64,000 bases of DNA from the human T2T-CHM13v2.0 reference genome, Homo sapiens, in assembly GCF_009914755.1 (NCBI RefSeq), contig NC_060929.1. The stretch is one strand, 5' to 3'. Position 1 is the first letter of the stretch. Each line of letters begins with the position of its first letter. The translations under genes were made by a program, and so were the position numbers. The notes beneath the pieces are model-generated. The model was not told the DNA's origin, searched no databases, and saw only the letters and a program-made list of their open reading frames with translations. This document shows, in pieces, positions 28,813 to 43,178 of the stretch.

Positions 28813-29926
28813 AGAAGCTAACCCACTGGCTTCCATTACAACACCGTAACCATGAGTTATGGTCAGTGGCATGGGCACTGAAGTGTTACATATACCACCC
28901 CTGGACTTTGCTCAAAAAAACTTTCTGCAAGACCCTCCCCAACATTTTCCCCAGGTTATTAGCCCGATTTTGAGCAGAGATTCAAGTACAGTAGACTAGA
29001 GGGACTCTGGGTGGTTAATCATTGCATGGGAGGTTGCTTACTGAATGCCTGCAATTGTTTATTATAAGGTATCACTACGAATTTGGTGATTTCTTGTTAA
29101 ATTAGCTGATATTATTTAGTTTAGCCAAAACCCTATATTCTTGAGATATAGAAATAATATTTGACAGCAGGATCAGGGTTTAATACCTTAACAATGAAAG
29201 CTGGAAAAATATCAGAAGATAGGATGACAAAACAACCAGAGTATCTTTAAAAATCTCCCTAATGTCTAAAGGAATGAAACTTAGACTGTTCTTATTCTAT
29301 GACTATGTCACTTAGTAATAATTCATACAAAAGTTGCTGTTTTTCACACCTTTGAAACATTTTTCCTTGGAAATAACTTCAGGCAATGAGGAAAAATTTG
29401 CCTGACCTTCAGAGTGCCCTTCTTGGGAATGTTTCTCTTCTTTGCTAGTTCTACCATATTTTTACAAATAACAAGAAACATCAGGTGAGCTAGCCAATAG
29501 ACCATTGCATTTCACATTCACTCTCAAATCACAAAGCAGAACAAGTGGTTCCTTTTGTAGCCTCATCAGTGCTTGCTATAACATAATCTCCCATCCTTAT
29601 GTATAGCAAAGACAGTCTCTTTCTTTCAGCTGTTTGCTTTCTAACTGCATTGAGTTCTTCGGCCAATTTAGCAATAACTGCATGAATAGAATATTTCCAT
29701 GCAACCCAAAACAATGTCATAAAGAAACTGCAAAAGAAAAAGTAAAACTATAATGACAATGGAAGTGGCAACTTTTTTTTAACTGTAGGAGATATACTTT
29801 ACATCAAATTAGTAGAACACCAATGTGATGGTTGGTCTGCAACTGATTAGAATTGCTATGAATTCTTTTACCCTGTCATCCAGTTCATAATTCTTATGCT
29901 CTTTATCTCAAATTTAGTCATCTTAA

Positions 29927-30231
<305 letters not shown>

Positions 30232-30755
30232 AAAATCCACTAAGCTTTTGCATAATAAAGCTTATGGCATTCATGTCCATGGGGGTACATTTTTCCCTCA
30301 CATCCACCATTATATCACCTCAAGGGATAACATTTCCTAGCAAGCCAACTTTCTTGCAAGTCAATATGTATTGTTGACTTAATCCGAATTAGTGCTTATA
30401 TATTTTGATGGGTCAGTTCCATTTTCTTAATGGTAAAAAGTTTGTTGTTATACAATTTGATGATTTAATACTCTATCGATATTAAGTAGTTTTAATAATA
30501 TGGGATATCTTCCCAATGTTATAATGATGGATTATTCTTACAACAAAAATACATGGCTAATTTATTTTTTTTAATAAAGACCAATAAAATCTAAAATAAA
30601 CAAGAAGTCTATTATGAAATGACGAAGAGATTTATTAGCTTTCATTATGGTCCCAAAATGTGGTCTAATAGCACTAAACTCAGTCAATGCTAAAGTCATA
30701 GAGGCTAAAATAGAATAAACAAACAAATAAATAAATGATTATGCTGTTTCTTGGC

Positions 30756-30846
30756 ATCAATTATCATGCCTTATATATATTTTTATATATCATTATATAT
30801 TTATATAATATATAAATATATTTATATATAAGGCATGATAATTGAT
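30756..30846. repeat. Fold-back palindrome with 24-bp perfect arms around AT-rich core; AT-rich low complexity continues to ~30950
   Basis: atcaattatcatgccttatatata (30756-30779) is the exact reverse complement of 30823-30846. Confidence 0.95.
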
Positions 30847-32324
30847 ATATATTTATATATCAATATATTTATATATTTATATAAATATATTATATTTTAT
30901 ATAATATATAATTTATTATATATTATATATATATATAAATAGATATATATTTCAAATCTATTTGGACTCTGTCCCCAAAATTATTTTATGTTGAAGGAAA
31001 TGTAAACTCATCTTTAAAAATTAAGACATTACCACTGACCCCACAGAATTACACACACGTACACAAACGGTGACTATTATGAACACCTCTATGCACACAA
31101 ACTAGAAAATTTAGAAGAAATGGATAAATTCCGGGACACATACAACCTCTGAAGACTGAGCCAGGAAGAAATTGAATCCCTGAACTCAGCATTGAGTTCT
31201 GAAATTGAATGAGTAACAAAAAGCCCACCAACCAGAAAAAGCCCAAGACCAGATGGATTTGCAGCCAAATTCTACCAGATGTATAAAGAAGAGCTGGTAC
31301 CAATCCTGCTGAAACTGTTCCAAAAAACTGAGGAAGAAGGACTTCTCATCAACTCATTCTATGAGGCTAGCATCATCCTGATAACAAAACCTGGCAGAGA
31401 CACAACAAAAAAAGAAAACTTCAGGCCAATATTTTTGATGAACATAGATACAAAAATACTCAACAAAATACAAGCAAACTGAATCCAGCAGCACATAAAA
31501 AAGCTAATCAGCTACAATCAAGTAGGCTTTATCCCCAGAATATGAGGTTGGTTCAACATATGCAAATCAATAAATGTGATTCATTATATCAACAGAGCTG
31601 AAGACAAAAACTACAATTACTCAATGGATGCAGAAAGGCTTTCAATAAAATTCAACATTCCTTGATGTTGGAAACCCTTCACAAACTAGGCACTGAAAGA
31701 ACATATTTCAAAAATAATAAGAGTCATCTATGATAAACCCACAGCCAACATTATACTGAAAGGAGAAAAACTGGAAGTATTCCCCTTGAAAACTGGCATA
31801 AGACAAGGTTGTCCTCCCTCATCACTCTTATTCAACATGATATTGAAAATCTTAGCCAGAGAAATCGGCAAGAGAAAGAAAGAATGGGCATCCAAATAAG
31901 AAGAGAACTCAGGGGATCCCTGTTTGCAGACAACATGATTCTATATCTAGAAAACTCCATAGTCTCTGCCCAATCTCTTTGGGCTGATAAACAACTTCAG
32001 TAAAGTTTCAGAATACAAAATCTGCATACAAAAATCTGTAGCATTTCTATACCCCAACAACATCCAAATAGGCAAATCAGGAACACAGTTTAATTCATAA
32101 TTGCCACAAAAAGAATAAAATACCTAGGAATACAGCTAACAAGGGAGGTGAAAGATCTCTACAACAAGAATTACTAAACACTGCTGAAAGAAATCAGAGA
32201 TGACACAAGCAAGTAGAAAAACATTCCATGCTCATGGCTGGGAAGAATCAATATTATTAAAATGGCCATACTGCCCAAAGCAAATTACAGATTCAATGCT
32301 ATCCTAGTAAACTACCAGTGACAT

Positions 32325-32714
32325 TATATTAGTCTGTTCTCACACCGCTAGGAAGAAATACCCAAGACTGGGTAATTTTTAAAGGAAAGAGGTTTAATTG
32401 ACTCACAGTTCCACGTTGCTGGGGAGGCCCCAGGAAACTTACAATCATGGTAGAAGGCAAAGGAGAAACAGGCACCTTCTTCACAAGGCGGCAGGATGGA
32501 AAAATGCTGAGTGAAGGGGGATGAGACCCTTATAAAACCATCATATCTCATGAGAACCATCAGATTCATTATCATGAGAACAGCATGAGGGAAACTGACT
32601 CCATGATCCAGTTGCCTCCACCTGGTCCCACCCTTGACATGTGGGGATTATGGGATTATGGGAATTACAATTCAAGATGAGAGTTGGGTGGGGAGACAAA
32701 GACTAACCATACTG
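32325..32714 (-). mobile_element. THE1D solo LTR
   Basis: tattagtctgttctcacac...aggtttaattgactcacagttcc...ctccacctggtcccacccttgaca...aaccata; splits L1 at ...ctaccagtgacat|tcttcacagaa. Confidence 0.92.
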
Positions 32715-33420
32715 AACGTTCTTCACAGAATTAGAAAAAAAATTATTTTAAAATTCCTATGGAACCAAAAAAGAGCCTGAATAGCTGAGGCAATTCTAAG
32801 CAAAAAGAACAAAGCCAAAAGCATAATGCTATTCTACTTCAAACTCTACTATAGGAATACAGTAACCAAAACATCAAGGTATTGGTACAGAAACAGACAC
32901 ATAGACCAATGGAACAGAATAGACAACCCAGAAATGAAGCCACACCCAACCATCTGAATTTGGACAAAGCTGACACAAACAAGCAATGAAGAAAGGACTC
33001 CTCATTCAATAAGTAATGGTGCTGGGATAACTTGCTAGTCATATGCAGAAGACTGATACTAGACGCCTACCTTACACCACATATAAAAATCAACTCAAGA
33101 TGGATTAAAGACTTAAATGTAAAACCTAAAACTATAAAAACTCTGGAAGATAACCTAGGAAATATCATTATGGACACAGAACTTGGCAAAGATTTCATGA
33201 TGAAGACACCAAAAGCAAACAACAAAACCAAAAATTGAAAAATGGGATCTAATTAAATGAAACAGATTATCAGCAGAATAAACAGACAAACTACAGAATG
33301 AGAGAAAATATTTGTAAGCTATGCATCTGACAAAGGCCCAATATCCAGAACCTATAAGAAACTGAAACAATTTTACAGATTAAAAAGAAACAATCCCATT
33401 AAAAATTGGGCAAAAGGCTG

Positions 33421-33783
<363 letters not shown>

Positions 33784-35309
33784 TTAACATCATTGATCAT
33801 TAGAGAAATGCATATCTAAAGCACAATGAGATACCATTTCATACCAGTCAGAATGGCTATTACTAAAAAGTCAACAAATAACCAATGCTGGTGAGGCTGT
33901 GGAGAAAAGGGAATGCTTCTACACTGCTGGTGGTAATGTAAATTAGTTCAGCCATTGTGGAAAGCACTGTGACAATTTCTCAAAGAACTTAAAACAGAAT
34001 TATCATCAGACCCAGCAATCTCATTACTGGGTATATACCCACAGGAAAAGAAATTGCTCTTCCATAAAGATACATGGATGCATATATTAATTGCAATACT
34101 ATTTACAATAGCACAAACATGGAATCAGCCTAAATGCCCGTCAGCGACAGACTGGACAAAGAAAATGTTACGTACACCATGAAATACTATGCAGCTGTGA
34201 AAAAGACAAGATCACATCCTTTGCAGCAACATGGTTGGAGCTGGAGGCCATTATCCTAAGCAAAGTAACACAGGAACAGAAAAATAAATACCACGTTTGC
34301 ATTTATAAGTGGGAACTAAACAACAAGGACATGTGGGTACTAGAAGGGGAACAGCAGACACTGGAGCCCACTTGAAGGTTGAGGGTGGGAGGAGTGAGAG
34401 GATCACAAAAAAATACCTATCAGGTACTGTGCTTATTATCCAGGTGATGAAATTATCTGTATGCCAAACCCCCATGACACACAGCTTACCTATATAACAA
34501 CTTTGAACATGTGCCCCCGAAAATAAAATAAAAGTTAAAATAAAAGGACTAACCAAAAAAAATTTTGCTGCTTTTTGTCTTCAGTTTTACCTCTTAGCTT
34601 TTTTATTTTTCAACTTTCCTAGTTTACCTCGTATTCTTTCTGATTTCTGCCTTAAGAAGAGATTAGAGCAAGTGATTTCAATGTTCTTTTCATTCCAGTA
34701 ATTAGGCAAAGGAACTCAGAATTATCTGTAAATAGAAAAAGTTAGACAATGGTATATTTGACTTTCATTTAAAACCTGCAAACTGATAAAACAAAAAAAA
34801 GTCACGTTTAAGAAAGAACTTACAGTGTGAATTCTTTGTATTGGTAACTGATTTTTAAAAGCAGTATTCTTTTTATGAGATTCAGGCTTTCAATGAAAAC
34901 AAAACTTCTTTTGGCATTTAAATTATCTAGAGTAGGATATTTAATTATTATTTTTCGATGCATAAGACCTTTGGAAAGGTAAACATGATTAACTCTAGCA
35001 AAGAACAGCGAGAAAAAGACAAATTTAATCTGTAAGTAATAGAAAATTTATTATGCTTCTCAGAGAACTGTTCTGTACATTAATATAAAAAAGCATAATT
35101 TAATTTACATGCCTTGCTGAATTTCCAAGGCACTGATGCTGGATCATCAAAGGAACAAGAATATTAGTATGCAAATAATTAATCTGAGGCTCAGCAGTCC
35201 TAATATATACACACTGAAATAAAAATTTTTTGCTACCGATGGAGGTTTTCAGTTCTGAGAACCTACTTCCTTTGAAATATCATTAAATTATTCCCAGTTT
35301 TCATTAATT

Positions 35310-35810
35310 CCTTACTTTATTAAACTAAGATGTATTACATACCTACCATTCACCTGAAACTGGGCTAGGCACAGAGATGCATTAATAAGCAAAAAGGTAA
35401 GATTTCAAGCAAAGAGTGTGGCAGAAGAGTATTAAGTGTGTCATTCCATATTGATGAAAGTGCTCAGAAGGAAAAGCCCATGACTCTTTGTGAGTTATAA
35501 CAAAGGCATGGTTTAGGCTAGGGGGTTCCACACAGGTATCTTTGGGAAGTGAAGCTTTAGGTTGGATCTGAAGGGGAAATCGAAATTAAGAGGGGAAATG
35601 AGGGGAGGAGCCAGTCAGAAGGAGCACTCAGGCAAGGGCACAGCACATGCAAAACCCAGGTAGGAGAAAATATGTCACAAACAAGACACAAAGAAAGCAA
35701 TTGTATGGTTGGAATGTCAAGACAAAATGGAGAGTCCTGTGGGTTGGAGGTGGAAATGTACTCAGGAACAGGACCAAATATTACAAACCATTTCAATGAC
35801 TTCTGCCAAA
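35310..35810 (-). mobile_element. L2 fragment
   Basis: acctaccattcacctgaaactgggctaggcac...caggcaagggcacagcacatgcaaaaccc. Confidence 0.6.
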
Positions 35811-36051
35811 CGAACCCATTTTTCTTATTGCAAGTTAGTATCGACATTGTATGTGAGTACAGATAGTTAATTTTGGAACAAAATACAGCAAATATAGTGT
35901 GAAATTTGGAAAATAGGACATTAAGTATAATGTGAAATATCACAGGAAGCAAATGGAATATATTGTACCAACTAAGTTTCCATCATAATATTCCATGATG
36001 ATTTTTCATTTAACAAAAATTTTGGTGATTTGGAAGAGGAGATGATATCTC

Positions 36052-36556
36052 TGTATCAGAAATGCTTCTGGCTGTAAAAAACAGAACTCCTGATTAACAG
36101 TGCCTTAAACCATATGGACATTTACTGTTTACCTAACAAGAAATGTAGAAAAATTTTTTCGAAACAACCAAGGATAAAGTTCCTGTTACCTTTCTTTCCT
36201 GCCACGCCTAACGTCTTGACCTCTCATGATTATGAGATGTTTGATATACCTCCAGAGAAAAAGAAAAAAAAGGGAAAACCTATGTCCAAAGTAGAAAGAA
36301 AGGAGAAGAGGGAGTGAAAATTATGATTTTCTACCTCTAATTTTCATCAGGAAAGCAAAATACTTTCCCAACAAATCCAAGGCAGTCCTTCACTTATGTC
36401 TCATTGGCCAAAAAGCAATAATATTGCCACTACTCCTACCTGGCAGGGAGCTGTGAACATGAGAATTTGGCATGTCTCAGACCTTCAGTAGAAAGCGGAA
36501 AAGGGAGAAAGCAGAGGCGGTGCTGCCTGGTTATTCAATCAACAGTGCAAATGCCT
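36052..36556 (-). mobile_element. Old MLT1 (K/L-type) LTR
   Basis: aatgcttctggctgtaaaaaacagaa...aacagtgccttaaac...cttatgtctcattggcca...aatcaacagtg. Confidence 0.6.
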
Positions 36557-36887
36557 GAAAAGACTGGGTTATGACAACACTTGCCCTGGAAACCAAGACA
36601 GACAATGTTTATTTTGGACAAAATTATGCAACAGGCTTCTGTTTCTCCAGTTGGGGTTTTGTGAATATTCTACAATAATTTCTTGGTTTTCTGTTTGGAT
36701 TTTTATGATCACAGAGAAAAACTTGATGTTGGATCATACAACCACGTTGGATCACATGGTGACTGGACTAGAACCTACCCCTGTATTTGCTTGATGTTTA
36801 GATCACATTGACAGCAATAGTACATCTTTGATGGTGATCAGCTAATGAAAAGATAGCAGAACATGATAAGGAAAGTACACCATTCTT

Positions 36888-37338
<451 letters not shown>

Positions 37339-39106
37339 TCAAAACTATGATGTGGCAGTCAGTATGATATTCAAATTTCAAACAGATTAAGATTCAGCAT
37401 GTCAAGATGATTCATCATATTAAATTAAAAACATTAATTTTAATTTTATTGGAGTAATAGTTTGGTTTATAATTTGCAGATTTGTTTCTTACAGCCAAGT
37501 CCTGTGAGCATAAGATGTTTATACCTGTTTTTATATTTATAAGCATTTAAGAGTATAGTGAAAGTAATACAAGTCAACACTGAGTATATGAGTTAATATT
37601 TTTTTCTTTAAAAAGATTCTGTTCAAATTTTAGCAACATTGTATTAGAGAGCCCTTCAAGTTAGTCATGGAAGACCCTAAAATTACCCTTGCCTGCCCCC
37701 ATGTCAAGAGTAATTACAAACGTCTATTTCTGCCCTACTCTGTCTTTTGCTAGTCCACATTTTAAAAAGCAATGAATATACTCTTCCTATGTGTCTTTTA
37801 GGCTTTGCCCAGGGATTTCATACTCCAGCTCAAGAAACAGATCAAAAGACACTGAAGTTTCTGAGTAGTGTCTGCTGGAGTCTTTTATTCAGTGTATACA
37901 ATGAAGTGTTTACATTAGAGTTTTAAAGCTGGTAGTATTTATTAATAATTTGCTGAGGAAAAGTATTGGTCTTTATGCAGGAAGAGTTGTAAATGAAACT
38001 TGATTAATCTCTAATAGAAATCTAATGGATTTGTTCAAACAGAACTTTGCTTTTTCCTCACAGAAGGCAATAACCCATTTTCATGCAACAGCACAGTCAA
38101 GAGAAGTCTTAGAGGCTATCATGTTGTCTCTAGGAAACAGACTTCTGGAGGCTAAGTGCCCTGTGAAGGCCATTTCATAAGCTTATAGAAATATAAGGAT
38201 TGGGACCCGGATGTCCAGAAGATTATGGGTCTTTTTCCTAGTGTCATATACCTAAAAAAAGGAACTGTCTATTTGGGGTGGAAGTGGGGAGTGAAAACAT
38301 TTGTATTAAAAACTGGTTCACTGAGCAGTGGCCTATGCCTCTCTTGCGCACGTTCTCATTGCTGTATTATTGAATAAGTCAACACCATACTCACAAATTA
38401 TGATCAATCTGAAGTGTGCATTTAGGAAAAGTGGTCCTCTAGTAAGCGCCCATCCTTTGCCGTCAAGAAAACAGTACTAACGATCATAACTGCTTTAAAG
38501 CCTCTTACAAAAATGTCTAAAGTTGATTCCACAATAAAATATTTACCAGAAAATATTCAATGATAAAAAAAGGCAGTCAGTACACACAGGAGATTGGTAA
38601 ATGTTTAGGCTTTAAATAAATGAACGAGGGTGTCAATTACAAATAATTATGTTAGATAAAATAAGGCTGTGAGCAGTTCGAATGTTTCATATGGAATCAT
38701 ACCTCTGCACAAAGATAAAAAAACGGAGACATGACTGAAGAATCCGATTAAAGACTTTGGGGAAAAATTGATGTTTATTTTGAGCAAATCTTTCTTTAAA
38801 GTGGTCTTTCTAGTTAGCTGGTGTATCTTGACAGTCATTTGTGGTGGTTGCTTTTGTTTAAGTTGGGAGGCATATTTATGCTCAGCAATCACTACAACGT
38901 GCCAAATTTTGAAATATATTGGGCATGACTTAAATAAATACCACCCCCAAAATTTCCACAATTATAAGTTAGAAGATTCAGCTCTAAAACTCCAGATTTG
39001 CTAAATGACTCCTTAACACTGAGTGCAGCAGCAGCTGAGCAGTTTTCCTCTCTCTCCTGCAATCTGTATGTGTACCTGGCGGCCATATTTTCTTTTATCA
39101 GATACT

Positions 39107-39120
39107 GTTGCTGGGGCAAC
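39107..39120. promoter_or_regulatory. RFX X-box-like motif, with YY1-like ggcggccatatt ~20-30 bp upstream
   Basis: GTTGCTGGGGCAAC in unique sequence; motif only. Confidence 0.4.
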
Positions 39121-39267
39121 CACCTCCTTTGTAAGGGCTCAGGGTAGCTGCTTCTTTTTGGAAGGGGCCCCTGGGCTGGTTGCCAGATTTTCAATACTCA
39201 AATTCAGGATTCCACTGTAGCTTACTTAACCCTTTCACTGGCCTGAGAATAAATGGAGTGCAAAAGC

Positions 39268-39936
39268 TTTTTTAATTTTATTTTTTTAAATTTTACTTTA
39301 AGTTCCAGGATACATATGCAGAATGTGCAGGTTTGTTACATAGGTATACATGTGCCATGGTGGTTTGCCGCACTTATCAACCTGTCATCTAAGTTTTAAG
39401 CCCTGAATGCATTAGGTATTTGTCCTAATGCTCTCCCTCCCCTTGCTCCAGACCCCCTGACAGGTCCTGGTGTGTGTTGTTCCCCTCCCTGTGTCCATAT
39501 GTTCTTTGTTCAACTCTCACTTATGAGTGAGAACATTAAATGTTTGGTTTTCTGTTCCCGTGTTAGTTTTCTGAGAACGATGGCTTCCAGCTTCATCCAT
39601 GTCCCTGCAAAGGACATGATCTCATTCTTCAAACCACTGTTCAAGGAAATAAGAGAGGACACAAACAAATGAGAAAACATTCCATGCTCATGGATAGGAA
39701 GACTCAATATCATGAAAATGGCCATACTGCCCAAAGTAATTTATAGATTCAATGCTATTCCCATCAAGCTACCATTGACTGTCTCCACAGAATTAGAAAA
39801 AAAACTACTTTAAATTTCACATGGAACCAAAAAAGAGCCTGTACAGCCAAGACAATCCTAAGCAAAAAGAACAAAGCTGGAGGCATCACACTACCTGACT
39901 TCAAACTATACTGCAAGGCTACAGTAACCAAAACAG
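39268..39936 (-). mobile_element. L1PA8-like insertion with 5' inversion
   Basis: 39268-39629 is the antisense L1 3' UTR/ORF2 end; 39630-39936 is a sense ORF2 segment ([14 protein letters not shown]...aaccaaaacag). Confidence 0.9.
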
Positions 39937-40319
39937 TTTTTATCCCAAAGGGAAGCAGAAGCTATCAGGTTACAAATCTAGAAATACTCTTTTACCAGGA
40001 CACATACCGTGCTGAGAAGGAAAATAAAGGAGATTTTTGTTTTTAATAATTAAAGAGAAGAAAATCATTGTTGATGTTTTTCCAGGACAATTCACAAGGG
40101 TTATGATTTAAGTCCAATTTGTACTTCTCTGATTCTAACTCCGTAGAGGGCAAAAATCAGTTCACGTTAATGAAAGGAGTTTTAGTATAACCTTACTCTT
40201 CCCTACTGAGACACAAAATGTAGCATTATTACAGAAGAAAAAATAAAAGCTTCTTAATCCAGTCTTCTTATAATCATTTCAGTAAACTATATTTCTTGAG
40301 TTCCTTCTATCCTTACTTC

Positions 40320-41830
40320 CTTTATTGCTAGTCTCATTAGACTTCAAGGTTGAGAAGAGGCCTCACAGGTGTGTCTACCTTCTGACTCTTTCCAACAGTG
40401 AAACTGTTCACTTTATCTTTGAACTCTAATTATTAGAAATTTTTTATTTTTTGATGCAGTCTGAGTGAAACATCCATTTCTTTGTTCTACTTCTGTCCTT
40501 TGAAGTCATGTAGAAGAAATCTCAACCTTTATCCATATTACAGCTCTTTAGTAAAATTAAAAACAGCTGTTATGTCTCCCAAGTATGGCGGCCATGGAGT
40601 TTTGACTTCAAAAGACCTGTTGGGGGAGCGTACTTGATTGACAGCCTCCAATGGCTGCACCTTTGGATGCTTAGGGTCATGGAAGCCAGGCCATTCTTCC
40701 TTTGGGCTGCTTCCACCCCATGACTGAACACAGCTGCAATTCTAGAACAAAGCCATTCCTGTCCTATGGGAGATTCATCTAACAGCTAACTATAGTTTGC
40801 CAACTTTCCATGGGTCTGGCCAAGACGTTTTTTTTAGAACCTTGCTATGATTTGAAGCTCTTCGTATACAATCCTTCAATTCTTCTTTCCACAGGTGTCA
40901 GAGCTGTACCACAGCATTAAGACTCTTCCTATCTGTTACTCCTCTCTCCCCCTTTATCCTTGTATACATCATAGATATTTTTCTAATGAATCTCTTGTGC
41001 ATCCAGTCCTATCTGGCTGTGTGCTTCTTGGGGGACTCACACAGACACACCAAGTGTGTTCTTTTTCAGGCTAAATATTCTCAGATAATCAGTCCTTAAT
41101 ATACATGTAGTGCTTTGCAGACCTTTGTCTTCCAGATGCATTCCAGCCTTTCAGGGTTCCTCTTAAGTGACGCACCATGGAGGAAAAACATTTCCCAGGA
41201 CTGTTTGAACAATACAGAGCTACACTCATTGTCAGTTCTTGTATTCTGAGTACAGTGTTTTCTTAATGCATTTCAGGAAGGCATTAACATTTTGGGCAGT
41301 TTTATCACTCTGTTGATTCATACTGAGCATGTAGAAAGCCAAATGAAGAGTTTGGATTTAGTCAAATAAAATTCAAGAATACTTCAGCTGTCCTATTCAA
41401 GCGTTGTGGAATTTGAATCCACTAAGAGTTTTTCACATGCACTATTTGTAATAAAATTCTTCCTGTTCTGTCCTATACAGGCAATTAACCTAGGCATAGG
41501 TATTCACATCTGTTCTAAGTTTATTTTATTAGATAAATTCAGGAATTTCTACCATCCATTATATTAGCATTAGTATAAGCTATGCCTTGTACTTCCTGCC
41601 ACTTTGGAATTTCATAAGTATGACAGCAATATTTATATTACAACTATTGACCAAAATGCATAGCCACCACGAAAGAGATGTCACAAGATAGGTTAAATCA
41701 ATCATCACCTTTGGGAAAGGTCATTAATTCAATAACATATCTGCAAAATTGTATTGCCATTCATAGCATGTTTCTCCATCTTTTCTATAAGAAATTTTCA
41801 AGCGTATTACACAAACATAAGTGGAACACA
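40320..41830 (-). mobile_element. L3/CR1 relic interrupted by LTR16
   Basis: aaacagctgttatgtctccc|...ttctttttcaggctaaatattc...ttcctcttaa...ttaatgcatttcaggaaggcattaacatttt; outer boundaries uncertain. Confidence 0.6.
40584..41049 (+). mobile_element. LTR16B-like ERVL solo LTR
   Basis: tatggcggccatgg...tgacagcctcca...ccacaggtgtcaga...gtgcttcttgggggactcacacagacaca; 5-bp TSD ccaag at 40579-40583 and 41050-41054. Confidence 0.85.
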
Positions 41831-42656
41831 GTTCAAATAATTTTCTTATTCTATAAATAAACTATAATAAAATACTATATGACTTGCTTTTAACCTATGT
41901 AGGTACTCAATATTTATTAATTTCTTCCCTCCTTATGGCATACATTCATATTTGAAGTTATTCTGAAATGTTAAAGGGATGGGATAATTTCTGAATATGT
42001 CTTACTATTATTAACAAAGTTTGCCTTGATACTAATTATGCATGTAAATGGTTAATAATATTTCAACTCATTGTGTAAAAGCAATTTAGTTGTAAGATTT
42101 TTTTTTTCTTAGTAAGACCCTTTTCAAAATGAGGTTCTTAGAAGGCAGTTTGTCAGATAATCATGACCAACCCCTTGCCTCCCCATCCCTACACAAAACA
42201 AAACCAAAAACCTCACTGAGAGGTGAAAAAGAATTCTAAGTGTAAAGAAAATTTCAGTTAACATGATTAAAGCTCACTTAGGTAGAATTTCTAAAACCTT
42301 TTGGTGTCTCTCATTTATCATTGTTAAAGGAATTTGGAGATTTGAAATACAAGATTATTTAATTCTTAGCAGTATTGTGTTTCCCATGGATAGTCACACA
42401 GAATGTTGACTTAGACTTTCCTGTTCTCCCTTCTTTGCTTTTCAATAACACAAATCATTTGTGGATATTGGTCAAATACAAGTTTCCAAGCAAAATATTT
42501 AAAAAGAGAACTAAATGAACAGAAATACATTTATTCTAAAACTACCAGGAAAGAGTATATGTTTGGAAAAAAAATGTAGTGTTTCCATTCTCTCAAGAGT
42601 TATATGTGTGTGTATCTATATCTACCTATCTATCTATATATATATCTCTATATATA

Positions 42657-42705
42657 TTAAAGTTGGTGCAAAAGTAATTGCGGTTTTCGCCATTACTTTT
42701 AAATG
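42657..42705 (+). mobile_element. Half MADE1 / solo Hsmar1 terminal inverted repeat
   Basis: gttggtgcaaaagtaattgcggttttcgccattacttttaa next to a (TA)n tract; second arm absent. Confidence 0.9.
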
Positions 42706-42719
42706 TTATTTGGAATTGT

Positions 42720-42900
42720 CAGTGACATGAAAGAATTTTTTGTGATAACGGAAATACCTATCTTGATTGTAGGATTGTAGTGGTGGTTGCACCGATGTCT
42801 GCATTTGTCAAAGTGCACACACACAGGCACACACTTAACTATATACTTGCAAAAAAATTTGTATGAGGCAAAATTATAGTAATTTAAGTGGTATTTAAAT
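42720..42900 (+). mobile_element. L1ME 3' end fragment
   Basis: tatcttgattgtagg...gtggtggttgcac...catttgtcaaa. Confidence 0.55.
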
Positions 42901-43178
42901 TTTACCAAATATTTAAAATACATAAGATAAATTGTTAAAACTGGATCTACTATTACTGACAGTCACTTTTTATAAAATTTATAATATAAACTCACATCTG
43001 TAAAGATATCTACTGCTTGATTCTTTTAAGCATTTTAATCAAGCAGAGAATGAAGATGACACACATAGGCACATAGAAGGGATCATCTAGGGTACAGAAT
43101 ATTTATTTGAATTGTCCATTCAATTTAGGTATCCTCTTCCAAAATATCCTAAAAGATCGATTTTGGGGTGGAAGAAAC

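Noticed and set aside
42657-42740. miR-548-type hairpin
   Set aside because: Only one MADE1 arm is present, so no stem can form.
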